Of a DNA stretch of 64,000 nucleotides, positions 27,043-35,613 are shown in pieces (position 1 is the stretch's first letter; every line of letters begins with the position of its first letter). The notes under the pieces were generated by a model. It made no database searches, had not been told where the DNA came from, and saw nothing but the letters and a program-made list of their open reading frames with translations. Location: positions 224,001 to 288,000 of the forward strand of contig CAVYBU010000004.1 in the NCBI GenBank assembly GCA_963766735.1, given 5' to 3'. The stretch comes from an uncultured Chloroflexia bacterium. Its GTDB lineage: Bacteria; Chloroflexota; Limnocylindria; Limnocylindrales; CSP1-4. The translations under genes and the position numbers were made by a program.

Positions 27043-28449
27043 CTAGTACCCGAGCCCGAGCGCCGGCTCGGCCTCGTGCTCGAAGCCGCGATCAGACGTG
27101 GCCGGCGGCAGGCCCGCCCGCACGCGCCGCACGACCAGGCCCACCATCACCACCGCGAGCACGCCGTAGAGCAGCGTGAAGCCCACCATCGTGATGAGCA
27201 CCTCGGCGACGCTGGTGGTCGGTGAGACCCCGTTCGAAGTCCACATGAGGCCGTACACGATCCACGGCTGGCGGCCGATCTCCGTGAACAGCCAGCCGAA
27301 CGAGTTGGCGGCCAGGGGCAAGAACGGCAGGAGCGCCGCGACCAGCACCGTCCGCCCGGCCGGCGTGCGGCCCTTGCGCATCCGGAACAGGAACCAGGCC
27401 GCCGCGAGAGCCGCCAGCGCGCCCATCCCGATCATCCACCGGAAGGTCCAGTACGTCACCGGTGTGTTCGGGGTGTAGTCGCCGGGGCCGAACAGGGCCT
27501 CCTCCCGCGCCTGGATGTCGTTGATGCCCTCGACCTTGCCGTCGAAGGTGCCCGTGGCGAGGAACGAGAGGAGGTACGGGATCCGGATCGAGAACAGCTC
27601 CTCCGTGCCATCCGGGGTGCCGATCGTGAAGATCGAGAAGGACGCGGGCTGCTCGGTCTCCCAGAGCGCCTCGGCGGCGGCCATCTTCATCGGCTGCTGC
27701 TCGGTCATGATCTTGCCCTGGATGTCGCCCGTGATCGCGACCAGCAGGCCCGACACCAGCAGCATGACCGCGCCGGCCTTGGCGGCCGACCGGAAGGGCG
27801 CGGCTTCCTCGGGCCGCTCCCGATCCTTGAGCATGCGGTACATCGCGATCCCGGCGAGGAAGGCGCCGGTCGTCATGAACGCGGCCGAGATCGTGTGCGG
27901 GAAGGTGATCAGGTTCGTGCTGTTGGTGAGGAGGGCGAGGAAGTCGGTGAGCTCCGCGCGGCCGGTCGCCGGGTTGTACTCGTACCCGACGGGATGCTGC
28001 ATCCAGGAGTTGGCGGCCAGGATGAAGTACGCGGAGAGCACCGTGCCGACGGCGGCGATCCAGATCGTGGCCAGGTGGACCCGCTTGCTGAGGCGGTCCC
28101 AGCCGAAGATCCACAGGCCCAGGAACGTGGACTCGAGGAAGAACGCCAGCAGGCCCTCGATCGCCAGCGGGGCACCGAAGATGTCGCCCACGAAACGGCT
28201 GTAGCTGCTCCAGTTCATGCCGAACTGGAACTCCTGCACGATGCCCGTGACGAGGCCCAGGGCGAAGTTGATGAGGAACAGCTCGCCGAAGAACCGCGTG
28301 AGCCGCAGGTACGAGTCCTTGCCGGTCCTGTACCAGGCCGTCTGGAACCCGGCGACCGTGAACGCGAGGCCGATTGTCAGCGGGACGAACAGGAAGTGGT
28401 AGACGGTGACGATGCCGAACTGCCACCGCGCGAGCATCAGCGGATCCAC
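27043..28449 (-). CDS. cydA: Cytochrome bd oxidase subunit I
   Basis: YHFLFVPLT, EFQFGMNW, QPMKMAAAE, EIGRQPW. Confidence 0.96.
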   Translation of the reverse strand: MDPLMLARWQFGIVTVYHFLFVPLTIGLAFTVAGFQTAWYRTGKDSYLRLTRFFGELFLINFALGLVTGIVQEFQFGMNWSSYSRFVGDIFGAPLAIEGLLAFFLESTFLGLWIFGWDRLSKRVHLATIWIAAVGTVLSAYFILAANSWMQHPVGYEYNPATGRAELTDFLALLTNSTNLITFPHTISAAFMTTGAFLAGIAMYRMLKDRERPEEAAPFRSAAKAGAVMLLVSGLLVAITGDIQGKIMTEQQPMKMAAAEALWETEQPASFSIFTIGTPDGTEELFSIRIPYLLSFLATGTFDGKVEGINDIQAREEALFGPGDYTPNTPVTYWTFRWMIGMGALAALAAAWFLFRMRKGRTPAGRTVLVAALLPFLPLAANSFGWLFTEIGRQPWIVYGLMWTSNGVSPTTSVAEVLITMVGFTLLYGVLAVVMVGLVVRRVRAGLPPATSDRGFEHEAEPALGLGY

Positions 28450-28519
28450 GGGCTCTGGAACTCCTCCTGGGACGCGGCTGGTTCAGGAGGAGGGTGCCCG
28501 AAAGGCATCGCCGCGTGAT

Positions 28520-28577
28520 CGGCCGAAGGACCCGAAGGGAGCCGCCCGCCGCAGGTCATGCGGGGGCCGAGGGTCCC
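28520..28577 (-). promoter_or_regulatory. Two DosR/DevR-like imperfect palindromes upstream of cydA
   Basis: Minus-strand GGGACCCTCGGCCC (28564-28577) and GGGTCCTTCGGCCG (28520-28533), 44 bp apart. Confidence 0.5.
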
Positions 28578-28626
28578 GCGACCCGTCGGGCCGGTTGGCC
28601 GCCAGGCCCCTGGGGTCGCGCGGACC

Positions 28627-29280
28627 TCAGGCCGGGTCGGAACGGTCCTCGATCTCCCACGCGTGATCGAGGGCGTGCCAGGCGATTCGGCGCGCGGCGT
28701 ACCGGGGCGGCCACTTCTTCCCGGCGACGGGCGAGCCGTCCGAGGGACGGCGCAGGACGTCGAGGATGTCTTCGCGCATCGTCGTGATCGCGGCCGGATC
28801 GACCGGCCTGTGCTTGCGGCCCATCACGGCGGCGTAGGCAGCGTCGGCATCGATGACGTGCTGCACCACCTTGGAGCGGTCCCGGCCACCACCGCGCGGT
28901 CCCTTGCGGAGCGCCTCCGGCGCCTTCGCCGCGATCCGGTCGAACTCCACCCAGGACGCCTCGACCAGCGCAGCAAGGCGCCCGGCCGCCACCGCATCCA
29001 CCGGCGCCCGGTCCGACTCCGCGATGATCGCGGGGACACCGAACTCGGTGCTGGCGTTGCCCTCGGTACGCTCGACCACCTCGATGGCGAGGTCGTCAGA
29101 CGAGAATGCGAGGCCCGCCTCCGCCGCGACCTTCGCGTATCGGGGAACCGAGGCCAGCAGCGCCTCGGCGGCCATCTCCTCCGTCTTCCCGCCACGCGAG
29201 AGGCCGGGCCAGTCCAGGGCCGACACGAAGACCTTCTTCGGGGTGGACTCGACGAGGACGCGGATCGAGGTTCGGCTCAT
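28627..29280 (-). CDS. Hypothetical protein, possibly DinB-like helical C-terminus
   Basis: ALDWPG, LRKGPRGGGRD, RRIAWHALDHAWEIEDR; ATG 7 nt after CATACT. Confidence 0.75.
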   Translation of the reverse strand: MSRTSIRVLVESTPKKVFVSALDWPGLSRGGKTEEMAAEALLASVPRYAKVAAEAGLAFSSDDLAIEVVERTEGNASTEFGVPAIIAESDRAPVDAVAAGRLAALVEASWVEFDRIAAKAPEALRKGPRGGGRDRSKVVQHVIDADAAYAAVMGRKHRPVDPAAITTMREDILDVLRRPSDGSPVAGKKWPPRYAARRIAWHALDHAWEIEDRSDPA

Positions 29281-29319
29281 GACGTCCAGTATGGCCGCCG
29301 CGGGCGATAGGCTGGTGCC

Positions 29320-30201
29320 ATGCCGACGATCTCGTTCTCGTCCGATCCCGCCGCGATCGACGTGGGCGAAGGCCTGTCGATCTCCGCCCGGTACTGGCGC
29401 GCGACGGCCGACCTGTGGACGCTGCCCGTGGCCATCGTGGCGGCTGTGACGGCGGTGGCGACATGGGTGATCGCGAGCTTCATGCCGGCTCCGGCGGCCC
29501 TGCCCACCGAGTACCTGCCGGACATGGACCTCCTTGCCACGATCGGGCCGTTCCTGCCGCAGCTGGTCGTGAGCACGATCATCATCGGCACGGCGACGAT
29601 GCTCGCGGGCTGGGTCTATCTCGCGATCGCCATCGCCGGCCTGCGCGGCTATCGGGTGATGCCCGGCTGGATCATCCGGCGCGGGGTGCGCGCCTTTGCC
29701 GCGGACCTGCTCGTCACCGTCGCCTTCGCGGCGATCTTCGGGCTCCTCGCGCTGCTCTCGCTCTCCGGCGGACTCGGCCTCGTCGCCATCATCGTGGTCA
29801 CGGCATTCGTGCCGGCGATCTACGTTTCGATCCGGCTGATCTTCTGGTCGCTGGCGATCTTCGACGGAGCCGACATCGTCGGCGGTCTCCACGCGACATG
29901 GAGGATCTCGCGTGGCGCGGTCGCCCGGATGCTGGGCTGGGGGCTCCTCGTCGGGGCCATCGGGTGGATGGTCCGCGCGGCGGCCGAATTCGTGACGACG
30001 CCCCTTGGGGACGCGAACCCGGTCCGGGCCGGGATCACGGCCGCGGCCACGGAGGCGTTCGCGGCATACGGAACGATCGCGCTCGCCGTCATCTACGAGA
30101 GCCAGCGCCGGCGGGCAATCCTGGCATCACCCGCGGCAGCGCCCGCGGGGCCCCCTCCATCGTCGAGCCAGGTCGGTCCGCCGCCCCCTCCTCCTCGCTG
30201 A
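29320..30201 (+). CDS. Multi-pass membrane protein of unknown function
   Basis: About six hydrophobic segments and a Pro-rich tail; ATG 6 nt after TAGGCT. Confidence 0.75.
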   Translation: MPTISFSSDPAAIDVGEGLSISARYWRATADLWTLPVAIVAAVTAVATWVIASFMPAPAALPTEYLPDMDLLATIGPFLPQLVVSTIIIGTATMLAGWVYLAIAIAGLRGYRVMPGWIIRRGVRAFAADLLVTVAFAAIFGLLALLSLSGGLGLVAIIVVTAFVPAIYVSIRLIFWSLAIFDGADIVGGLHATWRISRGAVARMLGWGLLVGAIGWMVRAAAEFVTTPLGDANPVRAGITAAATEAFAAYGTIALAVIYESQRRRAILASPAAAPAGPPPSSSQVGPPPPPPR

Positions 30202-30219
30202 GAGTCGCCCGGCGGGAGA

Positions 30220-31065
30220 TCAGACGCGCGTCGCGGCCCGCAGCTTCATCACGAGCGACGCCAGGGCGGAGGTGTTCCGGCCGTCCGGGCCCAGGGCGTC
30301 CACCAGCGCAGAGGCGACGATGACTCCGTCCGCACCCGCCCTTGCGATCGCCCGAACGTGCGCCGGCTTCGACACCCCGAACCCGACCGCGACCGGCACG
30401 GGCGAGACCGCAGTCACGTCCCGGACCAGCTTCGCGACGCTGGTTGGCAGCGACGTCCGGGCACCGGTCACACCGACCAGGGAGACGCAGTAGAGGAACC
30501 CGCCGCTCCGGGCCGCGACGGCGGCACGCCTGGCAGGCGTGGAGGTCGGGGCAACCAGGTACACGACCGCAATACCGGCATCGGCGGCCACCGCCTCGAA
30601 CGGCCCGCCCTCGTCGGGGGTGAGGTCCGCCACGATGACGCCGGCAACGCCGGCCTTCGCCAGGCCGCGCGCCCGGTCCCGGCCATCGCCGCCGCCGATG
30701 AGCTGGTTCGCGTAACCCATCGCAACCACGGGAACGGCGGGGCGAGCCGCGGCGATCCGCGCGGTCAGGGCCAGCGACCGGTCGAACGTGGCGCCCGCCG
30801 CCAGCGCACCCTGGGACGCCCGCTGGAGCGTGGCCCCGTCCGCGAGCGGGTCCGAGTACGGCAGGCCGACCTCGAGCAGGTCCGCCCCTGCATCGATCGC
30901 CCCGCACGCGGCGGCAAAGGAGGCCTCCGCGTCCGGGTAGCCCGCCACGACGTACGGGATCAGGGCCGCGCGCCCATCGGCGCGGGCCCTGGCAAAGGCG
31001 GCCGCGATCCGGCGGGCACCGGCCGTGTCGTTGGTGTGGGCCGGGACCTGCGCCGTGAGGTTCAT
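30220..31065 (-). CDS. trpA: Tryptophan synthase alpha subunit
   Basis: EVGLPYSDPLADG, YCVSLVGVTG, VGFGV; ATGA overlap with the upstream fusion gene. Confidence 0.95.
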   Translation of the reverse strand: MNLTAQVPAHTNDTAGARRIAAAFARARADGRAALIPYVVAGYPDAEASFAAACGAIDAGADLLEVGLPYSDPLADGATLQRASQGALAAGATFDRSLALTARIAAARPAVPVVAMGYANQLIGGGDGRDRARGLAKAGVAGVIVADLTPDEGGPFEAVAADAGIAVVYLVAPTSTPARRAAVAARSGGFLYCVSLVGVTGARTSLPTSVAKLVRDVTAVSPVPVAVGFGVSKPAHVRAIARAGADGVIVASALVDALGPDGRNTSALASLVMKLRAATRV

Positions 31066-33878
31066 CGGACCCCCTCCCAGGGATCGACGTCGGCGAACCG
31101 CTCCAGCGCATCCATATCCTTGTCGCCGCGTCCCGAGAACCCGACCAGGATCACCGAGCCCTCCGCGTACGGCAGCCCGGATCCCTCGAGCCCGGCCAGC
31201 AGCTTCGGCAACGCAGCCACCGCGTGCGAGGTCTCGAGCGCGGGCAGGATGCCCTCGAGCCTGGTCACCGTCTTCATCGCCGCGATCGCCTCGCGGTCCG
31301 TGGCCGTCCCCACCTCCATCCGCCCGGCCTCGGCGAGCGCCGCCAGCTGCGGGCCGACGCCCGGGTAGTCCAGGCCGGCCGACGCGCTGTGCGCTTCGAC
31401 CACCTGCCCGTCGCGGTCCTGGAGCATCAGCGAGCGGGATCCGTGGAGGATCCCCGGCGTCCCGCCCACGATGGCGGCCGCGTGACGCCCGGTCTCCACG
31501 CCGTCGCCCGCGGCCTCGGCCACCGCCAGGCGAACGGCCGGCTCGCCGATGAACCGGGCCAGCAGGCCGATGGCGTTCGATCCGCCGCCGACGCAGGCGA
31601 GCGCGAGATCCGGCAGCCGGCCCTCCACGGCGCTCAGCTGGGCCGCGGCCTCGTCGCCGATGCGGCGTTGCAGGTCTCGCACGATCGTGGGGTACGGGTG
31701 CGGGCCCATCGCGCTGCCCAGGACGTAGTGCGTGGTCTCGACGTTGGTCACCCAGTCGCGCATCGCCTCGTTGACCGCGTCCTTGAGGGTGGCTGTGCCG
31801 GACGTGACGGACCGGACCTCCGTGCCCAGGGCCCGCATCCGGAGCACGTTCGGAGCCTGGCGGCGGATGTCCTCCTCGCCCATGAACACGACGCACGGCA
31901 GGCCGAGGAGGGCGCAGGCCGTCGCCGTCGCGACGCCGTGCTGGCCCGCGCCGGTCTCCGCGATGACGCGTGTCTTGCCCAGCCGGCGCGTGAGCAGCGC
32001 CTGGCCGAGGGCGTTGTTGATCTTGTGGGCGCCGGTGTGGGCCAGGTCCTCGCGCTTGAGGTAGATCCGGAATCGCTGCGGAATGGGCGTCGTCCGACGG
32101 CTGGCTGCCGCGGCCAGGCGCCGTGCCTCCATGGCGACGGCCCCGGCCAGGCGGTCCGCCCGGTACAGCGAGGTCGGCCGCCCGGCGAAACGCGCCAGCA
32201 GCTCGTCCAGCTCCGCCCAGAACCGCGGATCGTGGCGGATCGCGTCGTAGGCCGCCTCGAGCCCCTCCAGCGCGCCCACCAGCGTCTCGGGGACGTACCG
32301 CCCTCCGAAGTCACGCTCCTTGCCCCAGCGGCCGAAGGCATCGACCTCCAGCAGGCCGGCGTGCACCGGCGTGGGCCCGAATGCGACGTTGGGCCGATGC
32401 CGGCGGGCGTCCCGGGCGCGCTTGACGAACAGAGCCACGGCGAGAGGGTCCTTGCGCGGGCGCTCGCCGGAGACGCGTGGGTGATCGGTGCCCGAGGCCA
32501 CGTCCACGCCGGTGGCCGGCACCGCCAGCACCGCCTCGCCGACATTCGCGGCCACCAGCCCGCCGGCGAGGGTGATCGGCACCTCGCGGGCAACGGCGGC
32601 CGCCAGGGCCGTGTCCACGCGCAGTCCCGTGCCACCCGGATGCGGACCGCCGGCGGCGTCCAGGAGGATCCGGGCGGCGCCGGCGTCGAGGTAGGCGCGA
32701 GCGCGGGAGGCAACGTCCGCCGCAAGGTCGCCGGCCCCCACGCGGATCGCCTTCCAGGCGGGGCGGCCGATGCCGGCGAGTGCCGAGACGGGCTCGTCGC
32801 CGCTCAGCTGGACGGCGTCCGGGTTCACGGCCAGGATCACCCGCGCCAGCTCGGCCGCGGGCAGGTTCGCCGTCACGATCACGATCTGCGGACGCGTGGC
32901 GCCAACCTCGGCGCTCCGGGCCAGGCCCGCCAGCGCCACGCCCTCCTCGATCGAGAGCACGCGGGGCGTGCCGGGCGCGAAGTTGAGCCCGATGGCGTCG
33001 GCGCCGGCGCGGACCGCGGCCAGGATCCCGGCCTCGTCGGTGACCCCGCAGATCTTGACGATGGGCTCGCGCGCTGCAGCCGCCAGATCCCGCGGGTGCG
33101 CACCCGCCGCGACGAACGCACGTGCCGCCGCGGCCGGGTCCGCGGACCGCATGAGGGCCTCGCCCACGAGGGCTGCATCGAACCCGGTGGCGCGCCAGCG
33201 GGCGATGGTGGCGGCGTCCCGGACGCCGGACTCCGCGATGGCGAGCCTGTCACCAGGGACCAGCTCCCGCATCCGGACGGCCCGCTCCGGGTCCACGTCC
33301 AGCGTCCGCAGGTCCCGGTTGTTGATCCCGATCAGCCGCGCGCCGCTGGCCAGCGCGCTGTCGATCTCCCGGGCGTCGTGCGCCTCCACCAGCGGCTCCA
33401 GGCCGAGATCCCGGGCCTGTGCCGCCAGTCGTGCCAGGCGCTTCGCCGGGTGCAGCACCGCCAGGAGAAGGACGATGTCCGCCCCGGCCGACCGGAGGAG
33501 GTCGAGCTGCCGGGGATCGACGATGAACTCCTTGGCCAGGACGGGCACGGAGACCGCCGCCCGCACCGCACGCAGGTCGTCCACGGAGCCACCGAACCAG
33601 TGGGGCTCGCAGAGGACGGAGATCGCCGCGGCACCGCCCTCCGCGTAGGCCCGGGCGCGGACCACGGCGTCGTCGCCGGCGGCGATGGCACCGGCGGACG
33701 GGGACGATCGCTTGACCTCGGCGATGAGGTGGAGGCCGGGCGCAGCGAGCGCGTCCACGATGGACCGCGGCGCCGAGGCCGCGGCGACGGCACGGGCGAG
33801 TCCAGCCCGTCCGAGGGCGTCCAGCTCCGGGGCGACGTCGGCCAGGCGCCGCGCGGCGATCTCGTGGACGACCGTCAT
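31062..33878 (-). CDS. trpCFB: TrpC-TrpF-TrpB triple fusion (IGP synthase, PRA isomerase, Trp synthase beta), 938 aa
   Basis: One stop-free frame: IAEVKRSSPSAG and GINNRDL (TrpC); VKICG, GGTG, GVDVASG (TrpF); FGGRYVPE, HTGAHKINN, ETGAGQHG, SGRGDKD (TrpB). Confidence 0.9.
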   Translation of the reverse strand: MTVVHEIAARRLADVAPELDALGRAGLARAVAAASAPRSIVDALAAPGLHLIAEVKRSSPSAGAIAAGDDAVVRARAYAEGGAAAISVLCEPHWFGGSVDDLRAVRAAVSVPVLAKEFIVDPRQLDLLRSAGADIVLLLAVLHPAKRLARLAAQARDLGLEPLVEAHDAREIDSALASGARLIGINNRDLRTLDVDPERAVRMRELVPGDRLAIAESGVRDAATIARWRATGFDAALVGEALMRSADPAAAARAFVAAGAHPRDLAAAAREPIVKICGVTDEAGILAAVRAGADAIGLNFAPGTPRVLSIEEGVALAGLARSAEVGATRPQIVIVTANLPAAELARVILAVNPDAVQLSGDEPVSALAGIGRPAWKAIRVGAGDLAADVASRARAYLDAGAARILLDAAGGPHPGGTGLRVDTALAAAVAREVPITLAGGLVAANVGEAVLAVPATGVDVASGTDHPRVSGERPRKDPLAVALFVKRARDARRHRPNVAFGPTPVHAGLLEVDAFGRWGKERDFGGRYVPETLVGALEGLEAAYDAIRHDPRFWAELDELLARFAGRPTSLYRADRLAGAVAMEARRLAAAASRRTTPIPQRFRIYLKREDLAHTGAHKINNALGQALLTRRLGKTRVIAETGAGQHGVATATACALLGLPCVVFMGEEDIRRQAPNVLRMRALGTEVRSVTSGTATLKDAVNEAMRDWVTNVETTHYVLGSAMGPHPYPTIVRDLQRRIGDEAAAQLSAVEGRLPDLALACVGGGSNAIGLLARFIGEPAVRLAVAEAAGDGVETGRHAAAIVGGTPGILHGSRSLMLQDRDGQVVEAHSASAGLDYPGVGPQLAALAEAGRMEVGTATDREAIAAMKTVTRLEGILPALETSHAVAALPKLLAGLEGSGLPYAEGSVILVGFSGRGDKDMDALERFADVDPWEGVR

Positions 33879-34906
33879 GCCCTGCTCCCGTCCGCGGCCT
33901 TCCGCTCGGCCCGCAGGTCTTTCAGGAGCTCGGCGGCAAGCCCGGCGTCCACGGTGAGCGCCGCGCGGTCGATGCCCTCCTCGATCGTGTCGACCACGCC
34001 CGCGGCAACCAGCGCCGCTCCGGCGTTGAGCAGCACCACGTCCCGCCGCGCGCTGGGCTCGCCGTGGAGCACGCCCTGGACCAGCGCCGCGTTCGTGGCG
34101 GGATCGGACCCTCCCAGGGCGGTCGTCTTCGCCCGCTTGAGGCCCATCGGCTCGGGCTCGACCGTCCGCCGCTCGATGCCGGCCTGCGTCACGTCGTAGA
34201 TCACGCCCGACCCGTCGAGCGGCAGCTCGTCCACGCCGGCACCGTGCACCACCAGGGACCGTTCGGTGCCGAGGAGCCGGAGCACCTCCGCGATCCGCGG
34301 CGCCGCGGCCGCGTCCCCCACCCCGATCAGCCCACGGGTCGCGCCGGCAGGGTTGGTGAGGGGCCCGAGCAGGTTGAACGCGGTCCGGACGCCGATCTCG
34401 CGGCGCGTGGGGCCCGCGTGGCGCATCGCCGGGTGGAAGGCCGGCGCGAACAGGAACGCGAAGCCAAGCTCGCGGATCGCCTGTCCGGCGGACGCCGCGT
34501 CGTGGTCGATGCGGATCCCCAGCGCGTCCAGCACGTCCGCGGAGCCGGACCTGGAGGTGATCGCCCGGTTCCCGTGCTTGGCCACCGGGACCCCGCAGGC
34601 GGCCACGACCAGCGCCGCCGTCGTGGAGATGTTGAAGGTCCCCGACCCGTCGCCGCCGGTCCCCACGATGTCGATCGTTCCCTCGGGCGCCTCCACCCGC
34701 ACGACGCGCTCGCGCATCGCGGACGCAAAGCCCGCCAGCTCCTCGACCGTCTCGCCGCGCATCCGCAGGCCCATGAGCAGCGCCGCGAGCTGGGACGGCG
34801 TGGCCTCCCCGTCCATCACGGCACCCATCGCCAGGCGGGCCTCGTCCAGGGAGAGGGTGCGTCCCTCGACGATCGCGGTGAGGGCGGCGCGTACCTGGTC
34901 GCTCAT
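33875..34906 (-). CDS. trpD: Anthranilate phosphoribosyltransferase
   Basis: GTGGDGSGTFNIST, KHGNR, FNLLGPLTNP. Confidence 0.96.
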   Translation of the reverse strand: MSDQVRAALTAIVEGRTLSLDEARLAMGAVMDGEATPSQLAALLMGLRMRGETVEELAGFASAMRERVVRVEAPEGTIDIVGTGGDGSGTFNISTTAALVVAACGVPVAKHGNRAITSRSGSADVLDALGIRIDHDAASAGQAIRELGFAFLFAPAFHPAMRHAGPTRREIGVRTAFNLLGPLTNPAGATRGLIGVGDAAAAPRIAEVLRLLGTERSLVVHGAGVDELPLDGSGVIYDVTQAGIERRTVEPEPMGLKRAKTTALGGSDPATNAALVQGVLHGEPSARRDVVLLNAGAALVAAGVVDTIEEGIDRAALTVDAGLAAELLKDLRAERKAADGSRA

Positions 34907-35613
34907 CGGGCGGTCTCCGTGACTGGGCCAACGCGCTCGCCTGCGCCCTCCTCGTCACGCTCGGCCATCCCGCGGGTCGCGAAGGTCCCGGTCGCATCGT
35001 CCAGGCGCGAGGCTTCCCCCTCCCCCGCGAGGCGGAGGAAGTTCGCGAGCAGGTGCGGGCCAGAGGGCGTGAGCACGGACTCGGGGTGGAACTGCACGCC
35101 CTCGATGGGCAGCGTGCGGTGGCGAAGACCCATCACCACGCCGTCCTCCGGGCTGGTGGCGGTCACGTACAGGTCCTCGGGCAGGGTGGCGGGATCGACG
35201 CACAGGGAGTGGTAGCGGGCGGCCGGGAAGTGGTCGGGCATGCCGGACAGAAGACCCAGCCCGTCGTGGGCGATGTCCGATGCCTCGCCGTGGACGAGGG
35301 TGGGGGCTCGGACGATCGCGGCACCCCAGGCGACGGCCATGGACTGCATGCCGAGGCAGACGCCCAGCAGCGGGATCTGCCGGTCGATGGCGACCCTGAT
35401 CGTGTCCACCGAGACACCGGCGGTGCCCGGGTTGCCGGGGCCGGGCGAGACGATGATGCCCCGGAGATCCTGGGCGGGATCTTCAGCCATGGCCTCGACG
35501 CCCTCGCGAGTGATCTCGTCGTTCCGGATGACGCGGACGGCGGCGCCTGCCGCCTGGAGCGCCTGGACGAGGTTGAAGGTGAAGCTGTCGTAGTTGTCGA
35601 TGACCAGGATCAC
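34903..35613 (-). CDS. trpG: Anthranilate synthase component II
   Basis: IDNYDSFTFNL, SPGPG, GVCLG, RYHSL, QFHPES. Confidence 0.95.
   Translation of the reverse strand: MILVIDNYDSFTFNLVQALQAAGAAVRVIRNDEITREGVEAMAEDPAQDLRGIIVSPGPGNPGTAGVSVDTIRVAIDRQIPLLGVCLGMQSMAVAWGAAIVRAPTLVHGEASDIAHDGLGLLSGMPDHFPAARYHSLCVDPATLPEDLYVTATSPEDGVVMGLRHRTLPIEGVQFHPESVLTPSGPHLLANFLRLAGEGEASRLDDATGTFATRGMAERDEEGAGERVGPVTETAR

Noticed and set aside
33879-34997. N-terminal part of the 1311-aa ORF, suggesting an even larger Trp fusion
   Set aside because: It overlaps trpD in another frame and is Arg/Gly/Pro-rich shadow sequence; the plausible start is ATG 33878.
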